Positions 48,199 to 58,148 of a stretch of DNA of 64,000 nucleotides are shown here, in pieces; position 1 is the first letter of the stretch; each line of letters starts with the position of its first letter. The notes below the pieces were generated by a model that saw only the letters and a list, made by a program, of their open reading frames with translations, had not been told where the DNA came from and did no database searches. A program made the translations under genes and the position numbers. Origin of the DNA: a virus; IMG/VR virus record IMGVR_UViG_3300021960_000018. One strand, written 5' to 3'.

Positions 48199-48552
48199 TC
48201 ACCTCGTTACTGACGGAGTGACTTGGGCTCTACCCTCCAAAATTCTTTCAATAACAGTATTTCCATCACTGTCAAGATATGAAAGTTCCACATCATAAAC
48301 GTACCGACCCGCTTTAAGCAGATCAGTTTGGGTATTATTTAAAGAGATCGTAAGGATTCCGTCTTCTTCTGGTACAGAAATAATAGACGTAAAAGAAACC
48401 GTATCATCACTATCACTAGTGTAGGTTTTCTTTAGCTTTGCGGATACTGAATATCCGGTAAGGTCTTTCTTAGACCCATCCTTATCAACGCAGTGTATTT
48501 CGACTGCCACATCAGACCCTTGGTCGATGGTAAATTCTTCGTACTGGGCCAT
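48199..48552 (-). CDS. BppU-like fibre/baseplate adaptor (start probably 48552)
   Basis: IDQGS, DLTGYS, GRYVYDVE, RILEG...VTPSVTR. Confidence 0.75.
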   Translation of the reverse strand: MAQYEEFTIDQGSDVAVEIHCVDKDGSKKDLTGYSVSAKLKKTYTSDSDDTVSFTSIISVPEEDGILTISLNNTQTDLLKAGRYVYDVELSYLDSDGNTVIERILEGRAQVTPSVTR

Positions 48553-48613
48553 GAAATACCTTTCGATTTCTTTGTCGGACGCGCGATCACGCCCCTGCTC
48601 CATATGTTAGTAT

Positions 48614-48621
48614 TATTTATA
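48614..48621 (-). promoter_or_regulatory. T4 late promoter TATAAATA heading the fibre operon
   Basis: Exact consensus. Confidence 0.8.
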
Positions 48622-48633
48622 ATAATTTACATT

Positions 48634-49155
48634 TTAAAATTTTACTAATCCGGATTTATATTCAGGATTTTCAATTTTGGATGGATCGACAACGAAATAG
48701 TTATAGGTAAATCTTTGGCCTTTGCTAGTATAATCATGCCAAGTTACATCGTTCTTTCCGCAGAATACGAATAATCTGTTAGGCTTCCAGTCAACTTCTG
48801 CTACAACCTCACCGTCTTTTTCTGCATAAATCCGAGTACCATTATTGTCTTCCCCCAGATATAATACCGCAGACATAATCTTGAATTCAGAATCGACGTG
48901 CATAGGATGCACAAAGTTGGCTTTAGTAGAAGTTAAATGTATAAACTTAGCTAGGTTATAATATCCTCTTTTTTCATTAAAGTAGTTCATGTAATTCTTA
49001 ATCTGCGGAGTTGGATCATGATCCAAGATATAGCGGTCTACATCTTTCGTACTATCTTTAAAAAGGGATTTACATTGATCCAACAAAGAGTTATATTGAT
49101 CTTCCGGAAGAAAGTTATCGGTATAATAGTATTCCCACGGTTTATTAACTTTCAT
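48634..49155 (-). CDS. 2OG-Fe(II) oxygenase
   Basis: HVD, AVLYL, GT, WKPNR, TWHDY, R. Confidence 0.85.
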   Translation of the reverse strand: MKVNKPWEYYYTDNFLPEDQYNSLLDQCKSLFKDSTKDVDRYILDHDPTPQIKNYMNYFNEKRGYYNLAKFIHLTSTKANFVHPMHVDSEFKIMSAVLYLGEDNNGTRIYAEKDGEVVAEVDWKPNRLFVFCGKNDVTWHDYTSKGQRFTYNYFVVDPSKIENPEYKSGLVKF

Positions 49156-49156
49156 T

Positions 49157-50173
49157 TTATTTATCCCTAGGATGATTTAACAGATAAGAATCCGTTGAGG
49201 GGCATTCTATTGAAAATCTAGATAAACGATCAAGATTGTCTATAATTTCTTTAATATGATCTGGGCTATTTGTATCTATCATACTAATGACTGGATAATT
49301 GTAAAGTTTTCCATCCGGAAAAAGATGTTGTACTCTTCCACTATCAGATATTGTTCTACCATATAGATGATTTTTAATATCCATATATCTTTCAGATAAG
49401 TCCATAGTATCTGCAAACGGATTACGATAAAGAATAGAATGATCTTTTGCTGGTCTACCTATCCCAATAGTAGGAATACCTATGTGCGGCGCCAAAGAAT
49501 AAAAAGAACCGGTATAAGAAAAATGTGCTTTTGCTTTTAAAAGAGTTCTATACACATCTTCATATTTTTGTGTATAATCTAGATATTTAATGTCTAAATT
49601 TTTTTCCGAAGCATAAGTCTCGATTGTATTAATACATTTTTTTATATTAATTCTATTCCAAGAAACTTTATTAGGATTTGCTTCGGGTTTTTGAAATGTG
49701 ATATAGTTTTCTGTATTATTTTTATTCCATTGTTCTTTTGTCGGCCATAACCAAAACAGACTAAATGTTCCATCAATGTTAATATCCATCTCCTCACCGG
49801 TATAGACAGATATTCTCATTCCTATATTTGGAAGTTTAAAATTGTTAATCATCCAATAGATTCGATCCACAGATGATTCGCTATCTTTATGCCCATAGAT
49901 ATTCCAAAAACAAGCGGGGGTTAATAATAAGACTATATTAACTATATCTGTCGATCGCATTAGTCCATCTTGCTGCATAAGATGCGCATCACAAAACATT
50001 TTTCCTATTTTAGATACTTGAGTTACCACTGTGTGGATAGAATGCCGATCAAATCTTACGATATAACTCTGGCCTAATTCTGCTCTTTTCCCATCAGATT
50101 CACAATTAATATAAATGGTTTTTAAATGTTCAACATGCATATTGCCTAAAGTCCATATATTCGTCTGCTTCAC
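49157..50173 (-). CDS. Putative GT-B (GT9-like) glycosyltransferase-related protein; paralog of 57159-58148
   Basis: AKAHFSYTGSFYSLAPHIGIPTIGIG resembles GT9 C-terminal motif. Confidence 0.5.
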   Translation of the reverse strand: MKQTNIWTLGNMHVEHLKTIYINCESDGKRAELGQSYIVRFDRHSIHTVVTQVSKIGKMFCDAHLMQQDGLMRSTDIVNIVLLLTPACFWNIYGHKDSESSVDRIYWMINNFKLPNIGMRISVYTGEEMDINIDGTFSLFWLWPTKEQWNKNNTENYITFQKPEANPNKVSWNRINIKKCINTIETYASEKNLDIKYLDYTQKYEDVYRTLLKAKAHFSYTGSFYSLAPHIGIPTIGIGRPAKDHSILYRNPFADTMDLSERYMDIKNHLYGRTISDSGRVQHLFPDGKLYNYPVISMIDTNSPDHIKEIIDNLDRLSRFSIECPSTDSYLLNHPRDK

Positions 50174-51698
50174 ATGCCCATTTACTCTTTTTACGAGAGG
50201 CTACGTGTTCATCACCATATTGAGCAATGGGACTAGAAAAGAATTCCTCTTGGTATATTTTTTCGTATTTAGAAAGATCTTTTGCAGCGTCGATCTCTGG
50301 CCACATACTTTCTTTAAAATATGCGTAATATTTAAATTTCTCAGTAAGATCCTGCATTTCATCCAACTGCAAATAGGGTTTCGGCATTCTCATAAATGGT
50401 AACCCCTGGAATCCCCCGTTGCTACCAATCTGATCCTCTTTAATAAATCCATGCTCTAGTGCTACTTTCCTTAGACCAGTACCATGATATGGAACAAATA
50501 AAGAAACGCCCAATCCATCATATCCTCCGATATCTTTACAGAGTCTAGCAGTATCCATTACCATAGATCTGGTTTCTAGAGGTAAACCAATAATAACATT
50601 CATACCATAAGGAATACCAGAAGCATTCATGATTTCTGCCTTTTTATAATATACTTCTTGTCTCACATTTCTTTTTAGATAATTAATACGATAATACTCA
50701 TTACCGCTTTCTAAACCGAACTGGATTCTTTCACAATGTCCCTCTTTCATTGCGGCAAGAATCTCTTCATCAATATCGTCAAATCTAGTATTACACCACC
50801 AGGGAATACCAGCATCTTTTAAAATATCTAAAAGAGGAAACAATTCCCTTTTTGGCCTAGCAGTAAACGAATCATCTAAGATAAACCAGAATTGAGGATT
50901 ATTATCTTTAATAGTTCTTTCTATTTTTCTTTTAACAGAATCTAAAGAATCTCTTCTTACAAATTTTTTATCCATATCACGAGTAGTAGGAGAATTGCAA
51001 TATGTACAGCTATATGGACAGCCCCTATAAGTTTCTAATTGTAGTGTTCGTCTAACTTTTCCTCCTATAGGTCTATAGAATCTTTTTTCACTAAACAATC
51101 TGTAATTAGTATAGTACTCGGACAAGTCTACTAGAGGCTGTGGAGGATTTTTTAATATTGTGCCATCTTCATTTTTAATCCACAATCCCTTTACATCCTG
51201 AATAGATTCGCCGCCCTTCATTTTACGAATAACATCTCTTACGACATATTCGCCCTCATATCGACACATAACTTTTACTAGTGGATTGGCAATAACAAGA
51301 TCAGGTGCATTAATAGGAAATACGCCGCCCACAATATGAGGAATATTTAGGTGGTTAACCGATTCTAACATTTTCATACCATCAAAGTAAGTATCCTCGA
51401 CGATGGATAATAGAATTAAGTCCGGTTTATATTCATTGACCTTTTTCACAAAATCAGGAATCATTTCTTGTGTAGGCTTTAACATTTCAAAGGCGTCTTC
51501 GTAATCAACCATAGCTCTACCGGCACCCAACTGTTCTTTACGAGTCTGGGCATCTGCAAAGCTTGCGTCATCATATGTTGATGTTTCGAATAGCTGAAAT
51601 TCAACTTCTTCCCTGTCGCAAATATCAGTAAAGTATGCTACTGATAAAGGTGGACTTAGCATCATGGGAAGATTTGGATAAGCCATTAATATTTTCAT
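50130..51698 (-). CDS. B12-binding domain radical SAM enzyme
   Basis: PPLS, IVGGV, YEGE; RGCPYSCTYC; DDSF; GLESG; IIGLP.ET. Confidence 0.93.
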   Translation of the reverse strand: MKILMAYPNLPMMLSPPLSVAYFTDICDREEVEFQLFETSTYDDASFADAQTRKEQLGAGRAMVDYEDAFEMLKPTQEMIPDFVKKVNEYKPDLILLSIVEDTYFDGMKMLESVNHLNIPHIVGGVFPINAPDLVIANPLVKVMCRYEGEYVVRDVIRKMKGGESIQDVKGLWIKNEDGTILKNPPQPLVDLSEYYTNYRLFSEKRFYRPIGGKVRRTLQLETYRGCPYSCTYCNSPTTRDMDKKFVRRDSLDSVKRKIERTIKDNNPQFWFILDDSFTARPKRELFPLLDILKDAGIPWWCNTRFDDIDEEILAAMKEGHCERIQFGLESGNEYYRINYLKRNVRQEVYYKKAEIMNASGIPYGMNVIIGLPLETRSMVMDTARLCKDIGGYDGLGVSLFVPYHGTGLRKVALEHGFIKEDQIGSNGGFQGLPFMRMPKPYLQLDEMQDLTEKFKYYAYFKESMWPEIDAAKDLSKYEKIYQEEFFSSPIAQYGDEHVASRKKSKWACEADEYMDFRQYAC

Positions 51699-52654
51699 AT
51701 TCTAAACTCTTTCATACTGAAAGCCCCTCCAGTTAATTTGTCATAACTTGTTTCAAAGTTAGACCAAACCAATGCTTCTGGCGCGTCATATAACATATCA
51801 CAGTTTTTGCAAAAGTCGATTTCATCAAAGCGATGGTCTCTATGCATTTGTCTTAGCCATTGATATTTATCCCCGTTCCAAACCTCTTCTATGGTTTGAT
51901 CTGATAAATGACCTAAGACGCCTTTGCTATCTTGTCCCAATACCATACAGCAAGGAACCACGGCACCTTGTTTACCATCATTCCCGCCCGCGCGAACAAT
52001 TAGGTCAGGAGAAAATGGTCTACCGCAAGATCTTTTCTCTGGTTTCTTTCTCCAGTTAATCTCATCATACACCCCGGACCAATTGTGCATTTTCCAAATT
52101 GAAGACTTAATACCGGGAACATGATTAATCCAATTATTCTGATATTCCTGGGATTCAAACTCTGCTTGATTATTATCTAGTATAAGATGATAAGATCCAA
52201 TTTTACCTGCGCCTCCATATTCAATAGCGGCATTAGCGTTATCCATAACTTCATAAAAAGCGTCTTTGCTCATCCACTTGTGATAAAGTTCTGGATTATA
52301 ACCAGTAACAGAAATACGAGCGAAATGCAATCCTGCATCTACTACTCGTTTCATTAGATCATCTTTAAACCAAAAGCCATTCGTAATAAAACACATTCGG
52401 AATCCACGATCAGTACCAGCCTGAACATAATCGGCAAGTCTTTTATTCATAGTCGGCTCACCAGAACCTTCGAGATAGATTTCTTCTACCTCACTATCTT
52501 TTAACTGATCGAGAGTATTACAAAACAAATCGAAGTTCATCATTCGTTTAAATGGGGATTCTCTACCACCCATTTCTAATGACTGTGGACAAAACTTACA
52601 TGAATAGTTGCATGATCCACATACTTCAATTACTGCCTTTTTAATCGGCAACAT
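51695..52654 (-). CDS. Radical SAM enzyme with C-terminal SPASM/Twitch domain
   Basis: CNYSCKFC, GEP; CGRPF...VPCC...CKNC. Confidence 0.93.
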   Translation of the reverse strand: MLPIKKAVIEVCGSCNYSCKFCPQSLEMGGRESPFKRMMNFDLFCNTLDQLKDSEVEEIYLEGSGEPTMNKRLADYVQAGTDRGFRMCFITNGFWFKDDLMKRVVDAGLHFARISVTGYNPELYHKWMSKDAFYEVMDNANAAIEYGGAGKIGSYHLILDNNQAEFESQEYQNNWINHVPGIKSSIWKMHNWSGVYDEINWRKKPEKRSCGRPFSPDLIVRAGGNDGKQGAVVPCCMVLGQDSKGVLGHLSDQTIEEVWNGDKYQWLRQMHRDHRFDEIDFCKNCDMLYDAPEALVWSNFETSYDKLTGGAFSMKEFRI

Positions 52655-52664
52655 AGTGGGTTCC

Positions 52665-52784
52665 TTATTCGTCTAAATCGTCTTCGTAAATAAAATTATA
52701 AGTTCGATCCGGTTCCTTTTTGCGGAATCTACTTAAAAACAGTAGGATTCTATATTTCCAAATTCTTAGTTTTTTTATTTTCAT
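52665..52784 (-). CDS. 39 aa basic peptide with FIY motif (SxtK/DUF5989-like); absent from ORF track
   Basis: MKIKKLRIWKYRILLFLSRFRKKEPDRTYNFIYEDDLDE; ATGA overlap; fills the gap. Confidence 0.6.
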   Translation of the reverse strand: MKIKKLRIWKYRILLFLSRFRKKEPDRTYNFIYEDDLDE

Positions 52785-53671
52785 AGAGTTGATCCTATAT
52801 GTTTGATAAAATGTTCAGCCATAAATTCTTGACCTAATTTATTTGGGTGCCCATCCGTTGGCGATATAACATGTTTATCATGCTCATCCCAGTTCCAATT
52901 TGTTAAAACATGACCGCCAAAGGTTTCTATAAATGGCCATCCGATAATCTTAGAGTAATATTTAGGGTCTTGATCTATCTTTTTAAAATATGGATTTTTT
53001 AAAAATTCTGTGTTAAAATTATCTCTGTCTACCATATAAGGATCTTTTAAATCGAAATTTCTGACTTGCGATATATATTTTGCATACCTAATTCCTTGGT
53101 ATCTGTCAAAGCTGAATTTTCCGTCAACTGATGTTGGTGAAGGAAGTGTTACACCTGAAGCGTGGGGAGCAAACGCAAGACCCACTGTAATAGGAATATT
53201 TAAAAGTTCACAGGTATCTATTAATCTAATTAATAGTTTAAAGTTATAATCTATAAAGAGTCTGGTATCAAAATAAATTTGAAGACCCAAATCTATGATA
53301 TATCTTCTTATATTATAATCTTCAGCACTCTGATTAGGATCTGGATATCCGTTTTCCATTGAAAACTGAACAAATTGATCGTAGGACATTTGATTCGAAG
53401 AAGAAAAAACTCTAAAATTTTCATCTTCTGGAAATTGCGCATAAAATCTATAAAATTCCGTCATTGCATATAATAAATGCTTGGGTTTATTATTTTTTTT
53501 CTTTATTAGAACATCTATAATTTTATCAAATTGGGAATCGTTAGCTCCTCCACCTACTCCCACATTATTAACTCTTATATTGTAATGTTTTCCTACTAAT
53601 GCGGGCCACACTGGAAAATCATATTGATCAGCCGTGAAACTGCAGCCTCCGCAAAGAATATAATCATTCAT
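52781..53671 (-). CDS. SGNH/GDSL hydrolase-like protein
   Basis: GGCSFT, NVGVGGGAN, DGHPN..G. Confidence 0.8.
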   Translation of the reverse strand: MNDYILCGGCSFTADQYDFPVWPALVGKHYNIRVNNVGVGGGANDSQFDKIIDVLIKKKNNKPKHLLYAMTEFYRFYAQFPEDENFRVFSSSNQMSYDQFVQFSMENGYPDPNQSAEDYNIRRYIIDLGLQIYFDTRLFIDYNFKLLIRLIDTCELLNIPITVGLAFAPHASGVTLPSPTSVDGKFSFDRYQGIRYAKYISQVRNFDLKDPYMVDRDNFNTEFLKNPYFKKIDQDPKYYSKIIGWPFIETFGGHVLTNWNWDEHDKHVISPTDGHPNKLGQEFMAEHFIKHIGSTL

Positions 53672-54602
53672 TTATTCTATCCCTATATTCTTTAAGAAAG
53701 TATTTTTTAATTAACATTTGACCATTTCCATTAGGATGCCTATCTAAAAGCGATATCCTATATGGTGTTGTTTCATAAGTATAATTATTATCTTTCTCTA
53801 AACGACTTATAATATGATCTAGATAATATCCCCCTAACTCTGGAAAAAATGGCCATCCGATTGGTCTATCTTCTCTATCATCTATATTATTAAAATATTG
53901 ATTACCCATTAAAGCTTTGTGAAAAAGTTTATAATTAAAAAGGTTCAAACCGTTGATTTTGCCTTCCGATTGTAATTTTTTAATATAATCTGGTATTCTA
54001 TTTTCAATTGCGTAAAATCCAGTAGGGGTTAACCCTTGCATTATAAAAAGAGGAATATTCATAGAATCACAAATCATATATAAGTATTCAACAGGTCTTA
54101 GATTAGAACTTATAATAGTTTCCGGCTTCATACTATGCCGGTTGGCTTCTATTTGATATTTTGTAAATGCAAGTTTTAGTTTTAAATGCTTTATATGATC
54201 ACTTTCTTTAATAGAAGGATCATAATTTTCCATACCTTTAATAACATTTCTTAATTCTATTTGATCATGTGTTATCTTATTTTCCTCAATTTTTGCATAA
54301 AGTGATGTTAATTCATTAGTAGGGTTAAAATTTACTGCTCCTAAAATATGATGCCTATCCCAGCCAGATAGTAATACAAATACAGCTTTTGGTTTTTCTT
54401 TAGCTGCAAATAAATAATCTACTGTTTCCATGCAAATTCTATGATTACCATGGCCATTAGATCCCAAGTTGACTACATCACAATTTAAATCTATCCCAAG
54501 AAGTTCTGGCCAAAATAAAAAATCAATTATAACATCTGGATCTACATAGGGTTTATAATTTTTATTAGTATAACTACACCCGTGAGCTAAAATATAAGAC
54601 AT
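53664..54602 (-). CDS. SGNH/GDSL hydrolase-like protein (paralog)
   Basis: HGCSYT, NLGSNGHGN, DRHPN..G. Confidence 0.8.
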   Translation of the reverse strand: MSYILAHGCSYTNKNYKPYVDPDVIIDFLFWPELLGIDLNCDVVNLGSNGHGNHRICMETVDYLFAAKEKPKAVFVLLSGWDRHHILGAVNFNPTNELTSLYAKIEENKITHDQIELRNVIKGMENYDPSIKESDHIKHLKLKLAFTKYQIEANRHSMKPETIISSNLRPVEYLYMICDSMNIPLFIMQGLTPTGFYAIENRIPDYIKKLQSEGKINGLNLFNYKLFHKALMGNQYFNNIDDREDRPIGWPFFPELGGYYLDHIISRLEKDNNYTYETTPYRISLLDRHPNGNGQMLIKKYFLKEYRDRINE

Positions 54603-55918
54603 TAAAAAACCTTTACTTTATATTCTTTTTCGAAATCTTCTGCATCTTTCTCATTATTAACGATTGGCTGTCCTTTAATATTTAGGGATGTATTAAGTAA
54701 CATAGGGCAGGATGTTTGTTCGTACCACTCTTCAAGAATAGGTCGCAATATAGATTTACAATCAGACTTTACTATTTGTACCCGCGCGGTACCGTCCACG
54801 TGCGTCACGCTCGCGTGATCGTGCTTTGCGATTGCGACGTATTGCATATATTCATTCATAGGACCTTCGAAATAGTCCTCAGCAAATTCTTCCAGGATCG
54901 CCGGCGCAAAGGGTCGAAATTTTTGTCGCCGCTTAATTTGATTAACCGTATCCTTAACATCTCGTCTAGGGTCAGCAAGCAAGCTACGATTGCCAAGGGC
55001 ACGAGGGCCAAACTCACCACGACCATTTGCAATGCCACAATAAGAATGATCAATAAGATGTTGTACAACTTCTTTAACATTTACATTCCTCCTGATATCA
55101 TATCCTAGATATGGCCCTTGCCAATCTAGCATATGTCCATTAATTGCTGCTGCAGCACCCAACGATGATCCGGCATCACCGGGACATGGCATAATCCACA
55201 TATCCTTAAACATGGGTCGGATCTTAGAATTAGCCACGCAGTTTAAAGCCACACCGCCGCCATAGCAAAGATAGTCAGAATACTTTCTGGCTTTTTCCAT
55301 AATGTGAAGAATCTCTTGTTCTACTCTTAACTGTGCGCTTGCAGCGAGATCTTCATAGTTATCTCCGAGATCTAAATCTCTCGCCCCTCTATGACAATTC
55401 GAATCAAATACATGATATAAAGATTGTGTCGGCTTACCGAATGCAGCCATACCCATAAGGATATACTCATCCTCCATAGGTTTTAGTCCGACGTAATCTG
55501 TAATAGCACTGTAGAACAAACCAATAGATTTGGGGTATTTCATACTCCAAACCTTTTTCTTCTTCCACCAAATAGATGCCGTATCCCACTCGCCGATTGC
55601 GTCAATTATAACACAAACTGGTTCACTTGTAAATGGTCTAGTATAATAGGCTGCGGCTGCATGAGACCAATGATGTTCTACATAATGATCATGCTTAGGC
55701 ATAGATTTCCATTTCTGCCCAGCATATAGTCTACGAAGATTCTTTTTAAATGGCTTTTCATAATATACTGACTCGCCTTTAATCTCCCAGTCTTCAATGC
55801 GATGTCTGTCGTTTTTCTTACGACTTATCCTTTCAGCATGTTCAGCAAATAGGATCTGATCATCCTCAATATATGCTATAGCCGCATCATGAAATCCGTA
55901 TGATAATCCAGTATACAT
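54602..55918 (-). CDS. Carbamoyltransferase (NodU/CmcH family)
   Basis: HDAA, ERISR.K, HHWSHAA, GGVALNCVAN, EFGPRALGNRS, FRPFAP, HVDGTARVQ, LLNTSLN. Confidence 0.96.
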   Translation of the reverse strand: MYTGLSYGFHDAAIAYIEDDQILFAEHAERISRKKNDRHRIEDWEIKGESVYYEKPFKKNLRRLYAGQKWKSMPKHDHYVEHHWSHAAAAYYTRPFTSEPVCVIIDAIGEWDTASIWWKKKKVWSMKYPKSIGLFYSAITDYVGLKPMEDEYILMGMAAFGKPTQSLYHVFDSNCHRGARDLDLGDNYEDLAASAQLRVEQEILHIMEKARKYSDYLCYGGGVALNCVANSKIRPMFKDMWIMPCPGDAGSSLGAAAAINGHMLDWQGPYLGYDIRRNVNVKEVVQHLIDHSYCGIANGRGEFGPRALGNRSLLADPRRDVKDTVNQIKRRQKFRPFAPAILEEFAEDYFEGPMNEYMQYVAIAKHDHASVTHVDGTARVQIVKSDCKSILRPILEEWYEQTSCPMLLNTSLNIKGQPIVNNEKDAEDFEKEYKVKVF

Positions 55919-57162
55919 TACATAGCCATCGCGTCTTTTAAGTCGGGTTGGATATCAAAAATATTAGAACCTCTAACCTTATTTAAATTATTTGTATAAT
56001 CTGTAAACGCTTGATAATAATTTCGTTTTTTCTCTTTGTCCCAATCGTTCATTTCTAATTCATAAGAGTTTAAATTAAGTAGGTTTTTAATTATAGTCTT
56101 ATATGGATAGTATCGTAATCCCTTTTCCGGATGAAAATATTTATCCTCAATAAATTTTTTTTCTGCTTGTCTCTCTGTATGTTTAACCTCGGTATAAAAG
56201 TCTAAAATATATTCATCTAATATATCCTGACTTAGTAGTTTAGGAGAACCATAATAAGGAGATTCTATAATATTTTCGAAATTGATTTTAGTAAGATAAG
56301 GCTTATCTTTAAAATACTGATAGATTTCTTTTAACCTAAGTATATTCCAAACGGAGACAGTAACTTGAATAGCAAATTTCGCTTGCGTTTCTTTGTAATA
56401 TCTTTCCATAGTTTTTACGGTAGTCTGAAAAGCCCCACCTCGAATCCAATCATAGGTTTCTCCGACCCCATCAATACTAACCGAAAGAGAAATTTTATTA
56501 CCTTGTTTATGTAAGGCTTTCATAATATCCAGATTTTCTTTTGACATGGTGTGCATATTACTAACAATAGTTATCTTGCAATTTTTATTCACGCCGATTA
56601 AACTTTTTAGGATCTTTGTATTTGCTTTATCCGCAAATGGTTCACCGCCTTTAATCATTAGGACTTCTAAGTCAGGAATAACTTTTAATACTTTTTCTAA
56701 GTCATGATCAGATATTTTATTTAGAGCATTAGGATCGAGAGGCGTACCGAGCACCTGCTCATGAATTTTATGCCACATTGAACTAAAATAACTGTTGCAC
56801 ATCGCACAACTAAGATTACAGATATTACTAGTGGTAACTTCTAAAAATCTAAATTTTAGATTATCTCTATAATATTCGTAAGGTTTATCTAATTGGGTTT
56901 CAAACCAATGTACATTCGACTCTCTGTTTAGTTTTTTATCGCGTATGCATCCATAGCATTCAGTGATATTATCCCAGCCCTTATCATTATTAATCTCTCT
57001 ATAATTTTTATATTTTTCATCTAGGAAAAAATCCTTAATTGAACTAATATCAGATAATTTAGTGCCGACCCTTCTTGAATTACAGCACAACGCAATCTCA
57101 CCTTTAGGATCTAATGTAAATCCAACAACAGGCGCAATACATGATTTAGGATATACTTTCAT
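55918..57162 (-). CDS. Radical SAM enzyme with N-terminal Twitch/SPASM-like domain
   Basis: CIAP...ALCC...CYGC, then CNLSCAMC, GGEPF, SIDG. Confidence 0.92.
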   Translation of the reverse strand: MKVYPKSCIAPVVGFTLDPKGEIALCCNSRRVGTKLSDISSIKDFFLDEKYKNYREINNDKGWDNITECYGCIRDKKLNRESNVHWFETQLDKPYEYYRDNLKFRFLEVTTSNICNLSCAMCNSYFSSMWHKIHEQVLGTPLDPNALNKISDHDLEKVLKVIPDLEVLMIKGGEPFADKANTKILKSLIGVNKNCKITIVSNMHTMSKENLDIMKALHKQGNKISLSVSIDGVGETYDWIRGGAFQTTVKTMERYYKETQAKFAIQVTVSVWNILRLKEIYQYFKDKPYLTKINFENIIESPYYGSPKLLSQDILDEYILDFYTEVKHTERQAEKKFIEDKYFHPEKGLRYYPYKTIIKNLLNLNSYELEMNDWDKEKKRNYYQAFTDYTNNLNKVRGSNIFDIQPDLKDAMAM

Positions 57163-58148
57163 AAGTTTTCCAATGCTTCAGGTAAGGTTATTTCATACTC
57201 ATCTGCATGAATATCTATTTGGTATCTGATAGGGTCTTGTACTATTCTTTTCCATTCTTGATGATATCTAATTAAATGGCCATATTCAGGATAAGATACG
57301 AATCCAATAGCATGATCTGGAAGTCTTTCGTAAGTTCCACCAGGAATTCTATTAATTTTATCGCGGCTAAGCTCGGTCTTGCCAATATCCCTATGAATAT
57401 CTAGATAATTAAACCGTCTTCCAATGTATAGAGTTTTAGTGCCACAAATAGCGGGGATATAACTAGTTGCACCAAGATATCCTATATGGGCCTTTGCTCC
57501 AAGCATAAAATTATATACTTCGTCGATTGGACTCGTATAATCTACATTGATTATTTCAATGTTATTATATGAAGCCCATTCTTTAACAATTTCAACTTGT
57601 TCCCTGATTTTAATGCGGTGTGGCGATTCTCGATCATTATATTGCCATCTTTCACTATGAGGTTGCAATGTAATATAATTACTTTTTTTGCCTACTTCCG
57701 GATCCCACTGTTTTTTTGTATGCCACAAAGTATTTGCTATCCATGGGGTATCAAAACATCCATCATTCCAATATGATGAACTAATATAAACAGAAATAAT
57801 AGCCCCATTGGGAGGATCTGCAAAATTTTCTAAAAACCAAATAATTCTATGATAGATTTCTTCAGAATCTCCTTCTTTAAATTTTCCATAAGCCTTTACG
57901 GGAAGTATTACCGATAATCTTAAAGGGCCCTTATAAAAACCATCTTCATGCATAACTTGCGCCATGCAAAAGTAATATGATAATAGAAAAATAATATTTG
58001 CATAAGGTCCCACATCCTGTCTACTAAATCTACAAATTTGACCAGCACCGATTTCCACAATTTCGTTGCTATCTTTTATTCCTTTATAAATTGTTTTGAT
58101 ATAATGCGTGAACTCATTCATAGATGTTTTTCCAAAACAGTATACCAC
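57159..58148 (-). CDS. Putative GT-B (GT9-like) glycosyltransferase-related protein
   Basis: AKAHIGYLGATSYIPAICGTKTLYIG; paralog of 49157-50173. Confidence 0.5.
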   Translation of the reverse strand: MVYCFGKTSMNEFTHYIKTIYKGIKDSNEIVEIGAGQICRFSRQDVGPYANIIFLLSYYFCMAQVMHEDGFYKGPLRLSVILPVKAYGKFKEGDSEEIYHRIIWFLENFADPPNGAIISVYISSSYWNDGCFDTPWIANTLWHTKKQWDPEVGKKSNYITLQPHSERWQYNDRESPHRIKIREQVEIVKEWASYNNIEIINVDYTSPIDEVYNFMLGAKAHIGYLGATSYIPAICGTKTLYIGRRFNYLDIHRDIGKTELSRDKINRIPGGTYERLPDHAIGFVSYPEYGHLIRYHQEWKRIVQDPIRYQIDIHADEYEITLPEALENL

